From the IMG/VR virus record IMGVR_UViG_3300005286_000044, positions 1-38,339 of that record: a DNA stretch of 38,339 bases; one strand, given 5' to 3'. The position numbers and the translations under genes were made by a program. This document shows, one piece after another, positions 17,298 through 26,621 of this stretch. The notes under the pieces are model-generated. The model was not told the origin of the DNA, made no database searches, and saw only the letters and a program-made list of their open reading frames with translations. Each line of letters begins with the position of its first letter. Within the stretch, counting starts at the first letter, position 1. Source of the stretch: a virus. Lineage: Duplodnaviria; Caudoviricetes.

Positions 17298-18263
17298 ATG
17301 GAGATGAAAATGCCAAAGCGCATGAAGGGCCACGCTCGCCCATATCGCGGCCTCCCCATGGCCTTCAAGGACTATGACGACGATATCGCCATCCACCAGA
17401 GTATGACCGGCTTCCTCGAAGGCATCTGGGTAGGCGCCCGCCCCCGGACCTTCTGTTTCCTAGCATCGTCACGGCCGGACGGGACGGGATGGCAGGAACA
17501 TGTAATCCACGCCGACAACATGACCGCCGGCTTGAACGGGTTTTTCAACCGGCGCTCGCGCTGGAACTACAACCTCTACTTCTGCCCCAATGCCTTCTCG
17601 CAGCCATTTCGTAAGAAGGAGTTCGCCCTGCCGACAAGCCTCGGCTGGTGCGATATGGACGACAGTGATCCAGGGATGTACAGGCCTGTTCCGAGTCTTC
17701 TTTGGGAGACGTCGCCTCGGCGTTTTCAAGCCCTGTGGCTGTGGGACAAACGGCATGAGCCGCTGAAAGCGGAAGCCTTCTCGCGTGCACTTGCAGAGCG
17801 GCACGGCGGTGATGCAGGCTGGACCATCACCAAGATGCTGCGCATCCCCGGTTCAGTGAACCACAAACCTCAATATGACGAACCGATCGTTAGGCTGGTC
17901 CACCGGGACTGGCGGCGTATCGCGGAGCGCCCGCGCATCATCAAGAGGGAAGTTCCAATTCTCCGACCTCTGAAAGGTGTTAATCCGTACGCCTATTCCG
18001 CCCAACAGGTCATCGCACGCTACCGGCGCAAGCTGCACTTAAAGGTCAGATACCTACTCGATCACGACCGCGTGCGCGAGGCCGACCGATCGGGCTGCAT
18101 CTACCTGATCATCGCCGCACTGCACGAGGCAGGGGCGGATGCCGACGAGATAGCGAGTGTCATCTGGCGTAGCCCGTATTTCGTTGAAAAGCATGGGCAG
18201 AACCTCGGAACGCTCAACGACGAGATCGCCCGCGTAATCGGTAAGCTCGGGGGCGAGTCATGA
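17298..18263 (+). CDS. RepB-like DNA primase (AEP superfamily)
   Basis: LYFCPN, WCDMD, WETSPRRFQALW, LRIPGSVNHK motifs. Confidence 0.8.
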   Translation: MEMKMPKRMKGHARPYRGLPMAFKDYDDDIAIHQSMTGFLEGIWVGARPRTFCFLASSRPDGTGWQEHVIHADNMTAGLNGFFNRRSRWNYNLYFCPNAFSQPFRKKEFALPTSLGWCDMDDSDPGMYRPVPSLLWETSPRRFQALWLWDKRHEPLKAEAFSRALAERHGGDAGWTITKMLRIPGSVNHKPQYDEPIVRLVHRDWRRIAERPRIIKREVPILRPLKGVNPYAYSAQQVIARYRRKLHLKVRYLLDHDRVREADRSGCIYLIIAALHEAGADADEIASVIWRSPYFVEKHGQNLGTLNDEIARVIGKLGGES

Positions 18264-19249
18264 GCGCCAGCAAGAAGAAGGAGACATTCGTTGACTTGTC
18301 GGATGTCGAGGCGCTGGAGGTGCGGTGGCTTATGCCACCGCTCATCCCCTTCGGCATGATCACCATCATGGAGGGCGACCCCGGCATCGGCAAATCCTAT
18401 CTCGCCATGCACATCGCGGCGCAGGTGTCGATCGGCGGTAGCCTGCCGGGCGTTGAGAAGGTGCCGAAGGGGCGCGTCCTTTACATAAGTGCTGAGGACG
18501 ATGCGGCCTACACGATACGTCCGAGGATCGACGCGATGGGAGGCGACCCGGCGCGCATCCGCGTTCAGGCCGAATACGAGGCGCTCGACGACGACGGCAT
18601 CGAGGCGCTCATGGACGAGGTGCGGCGTAAGCCGCCGCGCCTCATCATCATCGATCCGCTGTTCGCCTATGTGCCGGGCACCGCCGACATGTACCGGCCC
18701 AACGTCATCCGGGCGCTGCTGTCGGAATTGAAGGGCGTCGCGGAATACAACGACACGGCGATCCTCATCGTGCGTCACCTCACCAAGACCAAGCGCGACA
18801 AGGCGATCTACCAGGGGATGGGCTCGATGGACGTCATCGGCGCCGCGCGCTCGGCCTTTCTCGTCGCCCAGCACCCGGATGAGCCGGACTGGAAGGTCGT
18901 CGCGCACGTCAAGCACAACCTCTCCGAACGCGGGCTGAGCTGGGTCTACGAGCTGGTGCAGGACACAAAGGGCGGGTTACCGATCCTGAAATGGATCGGG
19001 TCCAGTGACCTGACGGTCGAGGACCTGATGGGCGGCGATGACGGCGACCGCAAATCGGCGCGCGACCAGGCGATCGACTTTCTGCGCGCCTTCCTGAAGA
19101 AAGGACCGCAGCCGGCCCGCCTCGTCGAGGAGAAGGCCAAGGCCGCCGGCATCGCCAAGCGCACACTCGACAGAGCCAAGCAGGAGCTGAAGATCGTGCC
19201 GAAGAAGACGAGGAACGGCTGGGCTTGGTCGTTGCCCGACGACGGATAG
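18260..19249 (+). CDS. RepA/AAA_25-type replicative helicase
   Basis: Walker A GDPGIGKS, YISAED, Walker B LIIIDP, IVRHLTK; ATGA overlap with the primase. Confidence 0.88.
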   Translation: MSASKKKETFVDLSDVEALEVRWLMPPLIPFGMITIMEGDPGIGKSYLAMHIAAQVSIGGSLPGVEKVPKGRVLYISAEDDAAYTIRPRIDAMGGDPARIRVQAEYEALDDDGIEALMDEVRRKPPRLIIIDPLFAYVPGTADMYRPNVIRALLSELKGVAEYNDTAILIVRHLTKTKRDKAIYQGMGSMDVIGAARSAFLVAQHPDEPDWKVVAHVKHNLSERGLSWVYELVQDTKGGLPILKWIGSSDLTVEDLMGGDDGDRKSARDQAIDFLRAFLKKGPQPARLVEEKAKAAGIAKRTLDRAKQELKIVPKKTRNGWAWSLPDDG

Positions 19250-19268
19250 CCACAGGTCCCCTTGAGGT

Positions 19269-19399
19269 AAGATCGCCAACTTTGGCGTTCTTGGCATGGT
19301 TGCCAAGGACGCCACTTTTTCTGGCGTTCATGCTGGCATTCTTCATCGACCAAGATCGCCAACAAAACGCTGGCAATGTTGGCATCCTTGGCATTCTTG
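19269..19399. repeat. Iteron-like repeat cluster, putative origin of replication
   Basis: Repeated (T/C)TGGCRTTC units, AAGATCGCCAAC twice (19269, 19352), and a 13/14-bp inverted repeat at 19283-19314, directly after the helicase. Confidence 0.6.
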
Positions 19400-19518
19400 A
19401 ACGATCGTCCTTGGCCCCGTGGCTGTCAGCTTGCGCGAGTTCTCTTGGTAGTCGACAACAATGCGGCAACCCGAATAGGCTAAAGCAGATGCAGAATTCG
19501 GGGAGGGTGGCCTTTTAC

Positions 19519-20637
19519 ATGGAAGATCTAATCGCTCGTATACAGGGACGCCTGAAGGACGGTGCTTACCCCAACGAGGCGGCGATCTCGTTCAGCGTCT
19601 TGATGCCGATCCTTCGCGCGCTCGGCTGGGATGACAGTGATCCCGAACAGGTTATGCCGGAATATGCGAGCGGTGGCCGGCGCGTCGACTTCGCGCTCTG
19701 TGGCGCGGGGCGTCGCCCGAGTCTGTTCATCGAAGTCAAGGGCGTGGGCCGGGCCTTGGACGGTGATCGCCAGCTCTTCGAGTATGCTTTCCATGAAGGC
19801 ATTCCCCTTTGCCTTCTAACGGATGGGCGCGACTGGAGCTTTTATCTCCCCGGCGGTCAAGGCAGCTATGATGACCGGCGCGTCTATCGGCTTCAACTTA
19901 ATGAGCGCCCGCCATCGGAATGCGCCCGCATATTGACGCGCTACTTGGCACACGCTCGCGTCAAGTCCGGCGATGCTTTCGAGGACGCTATGCGCGACTA
20001 TCGCGATGTTGCATCAAGACGGGAAGCGGCGCGCAATCTGCCGGCTGCTTGGGCCGAATTGGTCGAACAACCGGAGGACCTGTTGGTCGAGTTATTGGCC
20101 GAGCAGACAGAGACGATTTCCGGCTATCGCCCCACCAGCGCCGAAGTTACGCGGTTCCTGCGAACGCTGAAAGTCGCGGGTGCCGAGAACAATGCATTGG
20201 GCCCGATGATATCAAAGGCGCGGCCTGCGGTCCCTGTAAGTGGCGGCGGTCCTAATACCTTGCGGATCAACACGGCGGAGGTCTCGACAAGCCGTGCAAT
20301 CGAGTATGAATTATTCGGGGAGAGACGAACGGCACCTCATGCGTCAGCGGCCCTGATCGAAATCATGAGTGCGATTGCGGCTCGCTACCCTGACAAGATG
20401 AAGGCCGTCTCTGAGGCCGCGCGTGGCAAAAGCCGTAACCACATCGCCTCGTCGCCTGAAGAAATCTACCCCGCAAGACCCGATCTGGCGCGGGCGGCCG
20501 AAATTGCTCCGGGATGGTTGATCGGGCTGAACATCGCGAACCGCGAGAAGATACGGATCATTCGTGAGGCGTGTCGCGTGATGGGCCTTCGCTTCGGTAG
20601 CGACGTGAAGATCAACATGCCGAACGCGGACGGCTAA
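19519..20637 (+). CDS. HsdR-N-like PD-(D/E)xK nuclease fused to a SeqA-like C-terminal domain
   Basis: NEAA..PILRALGWD, PEY, VDFAL..FIEVK, QLFEYA, LTDG..W; C-terminal RNHIA...GWLIGLN...K.RII. Confidence 0.7.
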   Translation: MEDLIARIQGRLKDGAYPNEAAISFSVLMPILRALGWDDSDPEQVMPEYASGGRRVDFALCGAGRRPSLFIEVKGVGRALDGDRQLFEYAFHEGIPLCLLTDGRDWSFYLPGGQGSYDDRRVYRLQLNERPPSECARILTRYLAHARVKSGDAFEDAMRDYRDVASRREAARNLPAAWAELVEQPEDLLVELLAEQTETISGYRPTSAEVTRFLRTLKVAGAENNALGPMISKARPAVPVSGGGPNTLRINTAEVSTSRAIEYELFGERRTAPHASAALIEIMSAIAARYPDKMKAVSEAARGKSRNHIASSPEEIYPARPDLARAAEIAPGWLIGLNIANREKIRIIREACRVMGLRFGSDVKINMPNADG

Positions 20638-20997
20638 TGCTGCGGCCACGTGGTGTCCTGATCCATACTCCTCCTGTGGCTGACCATCTACTGGCATGTG
20701 TTCGCGTTCTGTCTCAAAGCCTCCCAGGCCGACACACGGACTATCGATCAATCGATCGGCGCGAAAAAAGCGCCCGAAATCAAAGGTTTTCAATCGCTCC
20801 GACGCGAACAGGCCAGGAACGTTCTCGGCTGGGTAACAATATGGGCGTCGAAATCGCTCAAAATTGCCCCGTGAGGCGCGTTTCGCCGTTGCCGGCAGGC
20901 AACCTCGACACCGGCACGAAATCGCGCTGCTGGCGCATGCAATGTGCGCGCACGCGCTTTTGGTGTTCTGTTTGTTCTGCCTGTCGGCCTCGCACGT

Positions 20998-21633
20998 CTA
21001 CATGCCCTCGCGGCGGCTCAACAAATCGAGCGCCCCGTTCTCCTCCAGGAACCAGAACCTCACGTCTTTGACGAGGTGGCCGAACCGCTGAAGCCACACT
21101 TCCGGTACGCGCCTGTCGTTCCCAAAGACAAGGAACTTCTCATGGGCTGGCGTTCTCTCCAACAACCAGACATGTTCGGCGATCACCGACATCTTCGCGG
21201 GCGGGAAGCGCTCACCACCAACCATGGTGTAGTATTTGGCATCACCCACGATTTGCCGATCAGCGGAAAGCAGGTCCCATCGCTTCGGAATGCCCTCGAT
21301 TTCACCTTCCCGGAACGGCTGGCCGTAGTGCGCTTGCATTGCGGCCCGTGCCGCCGTTTCGAACCGACGTGGAGGACTTGAGCTTGGCGAGCCGCTGGGC
21401 GCTCCAATGTCAGTGCCATTGATCACGGGAGGTGCGGATGGTCCGACAAACCAGAACTCCCATACCGTTCCATACTGGCGCGATGCAATCTTGCCCTTGT
21501 CTGCAAGGTACTTGGTGATCTGAAACACCTGCTGATGTGGTCGAATGTCCGTTCGAGCCACAATGTCAGCATTCGTTGCCGGTCGCGGCGCAATTGAAGC
21601 GAGATATCCAAGGACGCGGTCTGTATTGGACAA
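20998..21633 (-). CDS. HTH + PD-(D/E)xK-like nuclease domain protein
   Basis: N-terminal wHTH-like region, Pro/Ser linker, then FE..A...KRWDLLSADRQIVGDAKYY. Confidence 0.55.
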   Translation of the reverse strand: MSNTDRVLGYLASIAPRPATNADIVARTDIRPHQQVFQITKYLADKGKIASRQYGTVWEFWFVGPSAPPVINGTDIGAPSGSPSSSPPRRFETAARAAMQAHYGQPFREGEIEGIPKRWDLLSADRQIVGDAKYYTMVGGERFPPAKMSVIAEHVWLLERTPAHEKFLVFGNDRRVPEVWLQRFGHLVKDVRFWFLEENGALDLLSRREGM

Positions 21634-21806
21634 TATTGAAGCCCCCGTTCACGGCAATAGCCAGTGTAGCGATCGTTTCGTGTTTTCCGCAATGTTGGTG
21701 ATGTCGTCCGCCACACGTCCGCCATTGCAACCGTGGCTGGTTCGACTCCCATCCGAAGTGTGTGCGTGCGCGGATGTCCGTCTGCCGGTTCGGTTAGTGG
21801 CAGCCG

Positions 21807-22106
21807 CTATTCCCATTCGCCCCGACGATATCGGCGCCACAGCTCGCGACGGATGCGCCGCCATTTCCCCTGCTCGTAGGTATCGGAATAGCGCCATGCC
21901 CGATCCTCCTCGACGTAGGCCATCTCCTCGGCGCGAGGGCCGTACTTCGCGATCAGTTCGTCCACGACGGCGTTGATCTCGGATTTGGAGATGAACAGGG
22001 GCCGCAGGCGAAAGTCCCACGTGTGCCAGATTGCGACGCCGCCGATGAGTACAGCAAATACCGGAATTGCAGGATAGGATCGGACGAAATCAAGAATTGC
22101 CTGCAT
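21807..22106 (-). CDS. Small membrane-anchored hypothetical protein
   Basis: Hydrophobic N-terminal helix; divergent from the XRE gene. Confidence 0.6.
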   Translation of the reverse strand: MQAILDFVRSYPAIPVFAVLIGGVAIWHTWDFRLRPLFISKSEINAVVDELIAKYGPRAEEMAYVEEDRAWRYSDTYEQGKWRRIRRELWRRYRRGEWE

Positions 22107-22118
22107 TGCGGAAACCAC

Positions 22119-22188
22119 AGGAAATGTTCAGGTGCGATAGAACATATCCTACATAGACGCGGTCAGGCTGTCAGGAACATTTTGTTCC
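22119..22188. promoter_or_regulatory. Operator-like palindromes between divergent genes
   Basis: AGGAAATGTTC-N10-GAACATATCCT (22119-22150) and GGAACA-TTT-TGTTCC (22174-22188). Confidence 0.55.
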
Positions 22189-22190
22189 GC

Positions 22191-22523
22191 ATGGAGATAT
22201 TCGCCAATAATTTGAGGCGACGCGCCCAAGAGCTTGGCCTGTCCAATGCCGAAGTGGCCCGCCGTGTGGGACTAAGCGAACGTCGCTACGCGCATTATGT
22301 GAGCGGGCGGAACGAGCCCGATTTGGGTATGCTCTTAAAGATTGCCGAAGTCCTGAACTCGACGCCGAACCTGTTGCTCGGCCTCGATACGGAAGAGCCG
22401 GACAAGGGAAAGCGGACTGTTCTGATCGAGCGCCTGAACGCTGCCGCAGCCGTGATGACCGATGATGATCTGCAGGCCGCTGTCGCCCAGGCCGAAGCCG
22501 TGATCGCAGTTCGCCGGAAATGA
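22191..22523 (+). CDS. XRE-family HTH transcriptional regulator
   Basis: NLRRRAQELGLSNAEVARRVGLSERRYAHYVSGRNEPD. Confidence 0.88.
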   Translation: MEIFANNLRRRAQELGLSNAEVARRVGLSERRYAHYVSGRNEPDLGMLLKIAEVLNSTPNLLLGLDTEEPDKGKRTVLIERLNAAAAVMTDDDLQAAVAQAEAVIAVRRK

Positions 22524-22600
22524 TCTGGGATTTTCCCTGACACGCCCGTATTGGTCATCTTAATAGAAAGATCGTCTGCAACGCCAATAGGAGACGATCA

Positions 22601-22807
22601 ATGGCCACCACCGAAATCATCACCCTCAAGCAGCTCTGCGCCGAGCTGAAGCTCGACCCGCGCGAATGCCGCGAGCGCCTGCGCGCTGCCGTGCGCGACG
22701 CGAAGAAGTTTCCCGAACTCGCCAAGACCCACAAGTCCCGCACGCCATGGCAGTGGGTGAAAGGATCGGCAGGTGAGAAGGAGGCGAGGACCGCGATCAA
22801 CCGCTGA
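22601..22807 (+). CDS. Small basic putative DNA-binding protein
   Basis: RBS AGGAG; ITLKQLCAELKLDPRECRERLR (HTH-like); followed by a terminator. Confidence 0.7.
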   Translation: MATTEIITLKQLCAELKLDPRECRERLRAAVRDAKKFPELAKTHKSRTPWQWVKGSAGEKEARTAINR

Positions 22808-22826
22808 TCCGGCTGATATCAGCGAT

Positions 22827-22854
22827 AAAGGCGGTTCTTCGGAGTCGCCTTTTT
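22827..22854 (+). terminator. Rho-independent terminator
   Basis: AAAGGCGGTTC-TTCG-GAGTCGCC-TTTTT (cUUCGg tetraloop). Confidence 0.7.
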
Positions 22855-23096
22855 CTATGAAAGCTTCGTCATGCTGCCAGGAATGGACAATACATTTCAA
22901 GTTATGACACTATCCACGCGGCTTGGACTTGGAGGGGTGGATCAGCCAATTTTCGAACTTGCGGCGGTTCAGATGTGCGCCTGTGCGCGAAACAGCATTT
23001 CGGCACCGATCGATCGACCGGCATCGTTGAGTTTCGCTAGTTCGCCGACGGGCGAGGCAACGGGGGAGCCGAACGCAGAGGTATAGGAGGGGCAAT

Positions 23097-23594
23097 TTGG
23101 CGAAGCCAATCGGGGATCACAGCGATCAGGAGTTGCGGAATATTATCAACAATCACCGCAAGAACGGCAAGGTTCATGAGCCATACTACCTCAATGCAAT
23201 GGAGGAACTAGCGCGGCGTAAGGGGCAGGGCCTCGATTTTCAGAAGTCGTTTGACCTGATCCGCAAGGCGGCTGCCCAACGGCGGTTTCTGTCGTACAAG
23301 GAGTTGGCCGATGAGAGCCGCGCGGAGTGGTCAAAGGTGCGATACGCCGTCAACAGCCATCTTGGTGACTTGATCGACTATGCTCATGGGAAGGGCTGGC
23401 CGTTGCTCAGCGCCATCGTTGTCAATCAGCCAAACGTGGCGACCGGCGCCATGGAGCCAACGACGCTCAAGGGGTTCATCGAGGCGGCCCGCGCGCTAGG
23501 GTATGCCGTCACCGATGAGAGAGCATTTCTGCGCGAACAGCAGGAGCGCGTATTTGAGTGGGCAGCGGCGGACGACAAGGCGCCTGAGAGCTGA
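23097..23594 (+). CDS. Hypothetical protein, winged-helix-like
   Basis: TTG start with RBS AGGAGG; LSYKELA...HLGDL...GWPLLSAIVVN. Confidence 0.65.
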   Translation: MAKPIGDHSDQELRNIINNHRKNGKVHEPYYLNAMEELARRKGQGLDFQKSFDLIRKAAAQRRFLSYKELADESRAEWSKVRYAVNSHLGDLIDYAHGKGWPLLSAIVVNQPNVATGAMEPTTLKGFIEAARALGYAVTDERAFLREQQERVFEWAAADDKAPES

Positions 23595-23611
23595 TTTGAG
23601 AGGAGTTCTCA

Positions 23612-24097
23612 ATGCCGGATTTCACGGTGATAGAGGGTGGTGGCAAAGAGCGAGATTGGGATCGAGAAATCGCCCAGCGGCATTTCGAGGACTTTGTGGT
23701 TGTCTTACTTCGGAGCCTCGCCGCTGGAGACGCGTCGTATCAGTTGACGCAACAGTTCTTTAGGTTTCTAGAGCACGCTCGGGAAAGCGAAGTTCCAATC
23801 GGGCCGGTGTTTGATGAGGCGATCAGAAATTTGCATGCTATGGCGTTCGATATCGAGAACGCCCCATTCTATGAGGTGGAGCGGAAGGACATCACACAGG
23901 CGGCTTTGCGTGTCATCGCGGAAAGTATGGCGACGGACAACGCGGCTCGCGCCCGCCGCTCAAAACGCGAGGATAGCTTGAACCAAGCTATCGAGAATAA
24001 AATCCTCGGCTCTGAAACCCGCTCCCGCGAGAACGGTTGGAGCTATGTTGGAAATCTGACGAAGGGGCTTGGAAAGCGGCCGACACGCAAAAGGTAG
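23612..24097 (+). CDS. Hypothetical protein
   Basis: RBS GAGGAG; in an operon with 17-18 bp gaps to its neighbours. Confidence 0.65.
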   Translation: MPDFTVIEGGGKERDWDREIAQRHFEDFVVVLLRSLAAGDASYQLTQQFFRFLEHARESEVPIGPVFDEAIRNLHAMAFDIENAPFYEVERKDITQAALRVIAESMATDNAARARRSKREDSLNQAIENKILGSETRSRENGWSYVGNLTKGLGKRPTRKR

Positions 24098-24115
24098 AGA
24101 AACTTTGATACAAGC

Positions 24116-25339
24116 ATGCCGAATGTGAACCCAGAAATCCTGCGATGGGCACGTGAGACCGCCGGGCTGACGCTCGAAGAGGCGGCGGAGAAGCTCAGCA
24201 TCGGTGACGCTAGAGGTGTGCCGGGCAACGAGCGCCTGGCGGCATATGAGGTGGGCGAAGCTGAGCCATCCCGTCCGGTGCTGCTGCGGATGTCGAAGCA
24301 GTACCGCCGACCCTTGCTTGCTTTCTACATGTCCTCGGTCCCGCGTACCGCCGAGCGCGGGGAGGACTTCCGTACCCTGCCGCCGGAGCATTCGCGGTTT
24401 CAGGACGCGTTGGTGGACACTCTAATCCGAGACGTGCGTGCCCGGCAGGAAATGGTCCGGGCGCTCCTTGAGGAAGAAGACGAGGCTGTACCACTACCCT
24501 TCGTTGGCTCGATGTCCATGCGCGATGGCGCAGAGGCTGTCCTCCAATCGATCCGAGAAACCCTCGATTTGCATCTCGACCACTATCGCGGACGAGGAAA
24601 TCACGGTCTCAACGGCTTCGCATATCTACGCGAGCAAGCGGAGAAGGCGGGGATCTACGTTCTGTTGATCGGCAATTTGGGTAGTCACCACACCAGCCTC
24701 GACGTGGAGATCTTCCGAGGCTTCGCGCTTGCTGACAAGGTAGCGCCCTTCGTCGTTATCAACGATCAGGATAGCGAGAAGGCTTGGGCGTTCACGCTCT
24801 TGCATGAGCTTTGCCATATCTGGCTAGGCCAGACGGGGGTTAGCGGCACGAGCGCAGCGAATGCGGTGGAACAATTTTGCAACGATGTCGCTGGGCGCTT
24901 CTTCCTGCAGCGAGAGGAGCTTGAGCCACTGAGCTATCTGCAGGGCAGTTCGTTCGATGATGCGGTCGCGGCGATCAACGATTTCGCAGAACAGCGAAAC
25001 GTTAGCCGCTCGATGGTTGCCTATAAGCTGTTTCGGGAAGGCATTATCGACCGCGACATGTGGAGCCGCTTGAGCGGCTTCTACCGCGCGCAATGGCGGC
25101 AGGGTCGCGAAGACCAACGCGCGAGGAACAGGGATCGCGAAGGGGGACCGAACTACTATGTTGTGCGCAGGCATCGTGTGGGGGCGGCTCTACTTGGCCT
25201 CACGCGGCGAATGCTAGCGGGGCGGGTCCTTTCTCCGTCAAAGGCAGCCAAGTTGCTCGGAGTGAAGCCGTCGAACGTCTACAACATGGTCTACAATGGA
25301 TCGGGCGACCCTGGCGCTCTCCGTACAGCGCAGGGGTAG
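24116..25339 (+). CDS. XRE-HTH + ImmA/IrrE Zn-metallopeptidase
   Basis: NPEILRWARE..GLT (HTH), DFR, FTLLHELCHIWLG (HExxH), EQFCN. Confidence 0.9.
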   Translation: MPNVNPEILRWARETAGLTLEEAAEKLSIGDARGVPGNERLAAYEVGEAEPSRPVLLRMSKQYRRPLLAFYMSSVPRTAERGEDFRTLPPEHSRFQDALVDTLIRDVRARQEMVRALLEEEDEAVPLPFVGSMSMRDGAEAVLQSIRETLDLHLDHYRGRGNHGLNGFAYLREQAEKAGIYVLLIGNLGSHHTSLDVEIFRGFALADKVAPFVVINDQDSEKAWAFTLLHELCHIWLGQTGVSGTSAANAVEQFCNDVAGRFFLQREELEPLSYLQGSSFDDAVAAINDFAEQRNVSRSMVAYKLFREGIIDRDMWSRLSGFYRAQWRQGREDQRARNRDREGGPNYYVVRRHRVGAALLGLTRRMLAGRVLSPSKAAKLLGVKPSNVYNMVYNGSGDPGALRTAQG

Positions 25340-25342
25340 CGA

Positions 25343-25837
25343 TTGCTGTATCTCCTCGACGCCAGCGTCCTGATAACGGCGAGCCGGCTTTACTATCCGC
25401 TGGAGCGTGTGCCTGAATTCTGGGATTGGCTTGTGCATCAGGGCGAGACCGGCAACGTGAAAATGCCGTTGGAGATGATCGAGGAGATCAGAGACGGGTC
25501 AGATAACCTCGCGGAATGGATGTCCGATCACCATCGTCTCGAAGCGCTATCGCTGGGCGAGGACGCCGATGTCGGGCTTGTGAGGCGGGTCATTGACGAG
25601 GGCTACGCACCAGACCTCAACGATGTTGAAATTGAAAAGATCGGTCGCGACCCCTTCTTGATTGCGGCCGCATTGCACAATTCGTCTGAACGACTGGTGG
25701 TCACAGCGGAGGTCTCGCGGCCAAAGGCTCAACGAGCCAATCGCAAAGTACCTGACGTTTGCGATGATCTTGGCGTTCGTTGGATCGACAGTTTCGGCCT
25801 AATCCACGCCTTGGATTTCTCAACTGGGTGGCGGTGA
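25343..25837 (+). CDS. DUF4411-like PIN-domain protein
   Basis: YLLDASVLI..YYP....FWDWL, DPFLIAAA, VVTAE, KVPDVC. Confidence 0.85.
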   Translation: MLYLLDASVLITASRLYYPLERVPEFWDWLVHQGETGNVKMPLEMIEEIRDGSDNLAEWMSDHHRLEALSLGEDADVGLVRRVIDEGYAPDLNDVEIEKIGRDPFLIAAALHNSSERLVVTAEVSRPKAQRANRKVPDVCDDLGVRWIDSFGLIHALDFSTGWR

Positions 25838-25886
25838 GGTTAGCTCACCCGAACCACGCCAGACCACGTCTCGACGTTTAATCCAC

Positions 25887-26621
25887 TCAATCTGGCTGCA
25901 CCACTTTTGCATTTAAGAGGGGCAAGAAGTCAGAGTTTTCTCTTCGCGAAACATCAGGTTGCGCAGTCTTTTCACGATAATCAAACCACGCCTTTCCAAA
26001 GTCATCTATGAACTCTTGAAGTTCGTCGCCGTGCTCATTTGCTATGGGAACCCACAACTCGTAGGGCACGCCGTCGCCCATATCGTGGTACACGTTAGGA
26101 GTGAAATACACGATGCCGTCTCTTTTGCGGTCAGTGAGACGATCAAAGCCTTCGAGGACGACATTCATTAGCTGGACAGGCGGGAAGCCGAAATTGCCAC
26201 TATTAGCGATCAATACAAGCCCCTTGGCGTCAGGTTTCCCTATCAAGCGCCGGGAGGAAATTATCTGCTTGTTGGCTTTCCTTACGCAATCGATGATTGG
26301 GCGCGAGATAGTTGAAAATACCCGTTTATTGACATCATCGGGAAGGTACTTTTTACCAAACAAAAAATCGGTATAGTCGCACAATTTATATCCAAGCCAC
26401 TTGTAGCTCGCCATAATCCTTCGATCAATTGTCTCAAGGTCGAGAGCATCTATCTCTAATGTCTTTAGCTCGGCGATGACATTATCGTTTGGGAAGTAGT
26501 AGTCGGCGTTCAGGGTATTTGTTGGGATGCTCGAAACAAAATGAGGCAGAATGTCACCGCTACGGAATGTCCGAACAAAATCGGTGAAAGTCTTCTCGAC
26601 CTCAATTGTCGGGGGCAGCAT
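25887..26621 (-). CDS. Low-GC hypothetical protein, possible PD-(D/E)xK nuclease
   Basis: NADYYF..DNVIAELK motif; visibly more AT-rich than its flanks. Confidence 0.6.
   Translation of the reverse strand: MLPPTIEVEKTFTDFVRTFRSGDILPHFVSSIPTNTLNADYYFPNDNVIAELKTLEIDALDLETIDRRIMASYKWLGYKLCDYTDFLFGKKYLPDDVNKRVFSTISRPIIDCVRKANKQIISSRRLIGKPDAKGLVLIANSGNFGFPPVQLMNVVLEGFDRLTDRKRDGIVYFTPNVYHDMGDGVPYELWVPIANEHGDELQEFIDDFGKAWFDYREKTAQPDVSRRENSDFLPLLNAKVVQPD

Noticed and set aside
19269-19399. CRISPR or guide-RNA array
   Set aside because: Units are about 9 bp, irregular and in both orientations, with no spacers and no cas genes; no CRISPR array was seen anywhere in the window
19225-19518. N-terminal extension of the nuclease ORF
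   Set aside because: Runs through the iteron cluster; the domain starts at the ATG at 19519
20806-20820. Second LexA-like box GAAC-AGGCCAG-GAAC
   Set aside because: Lies between two convergent gene ends with no credible downstream gene, and the spacer is GC-rich; probably chance or a relic
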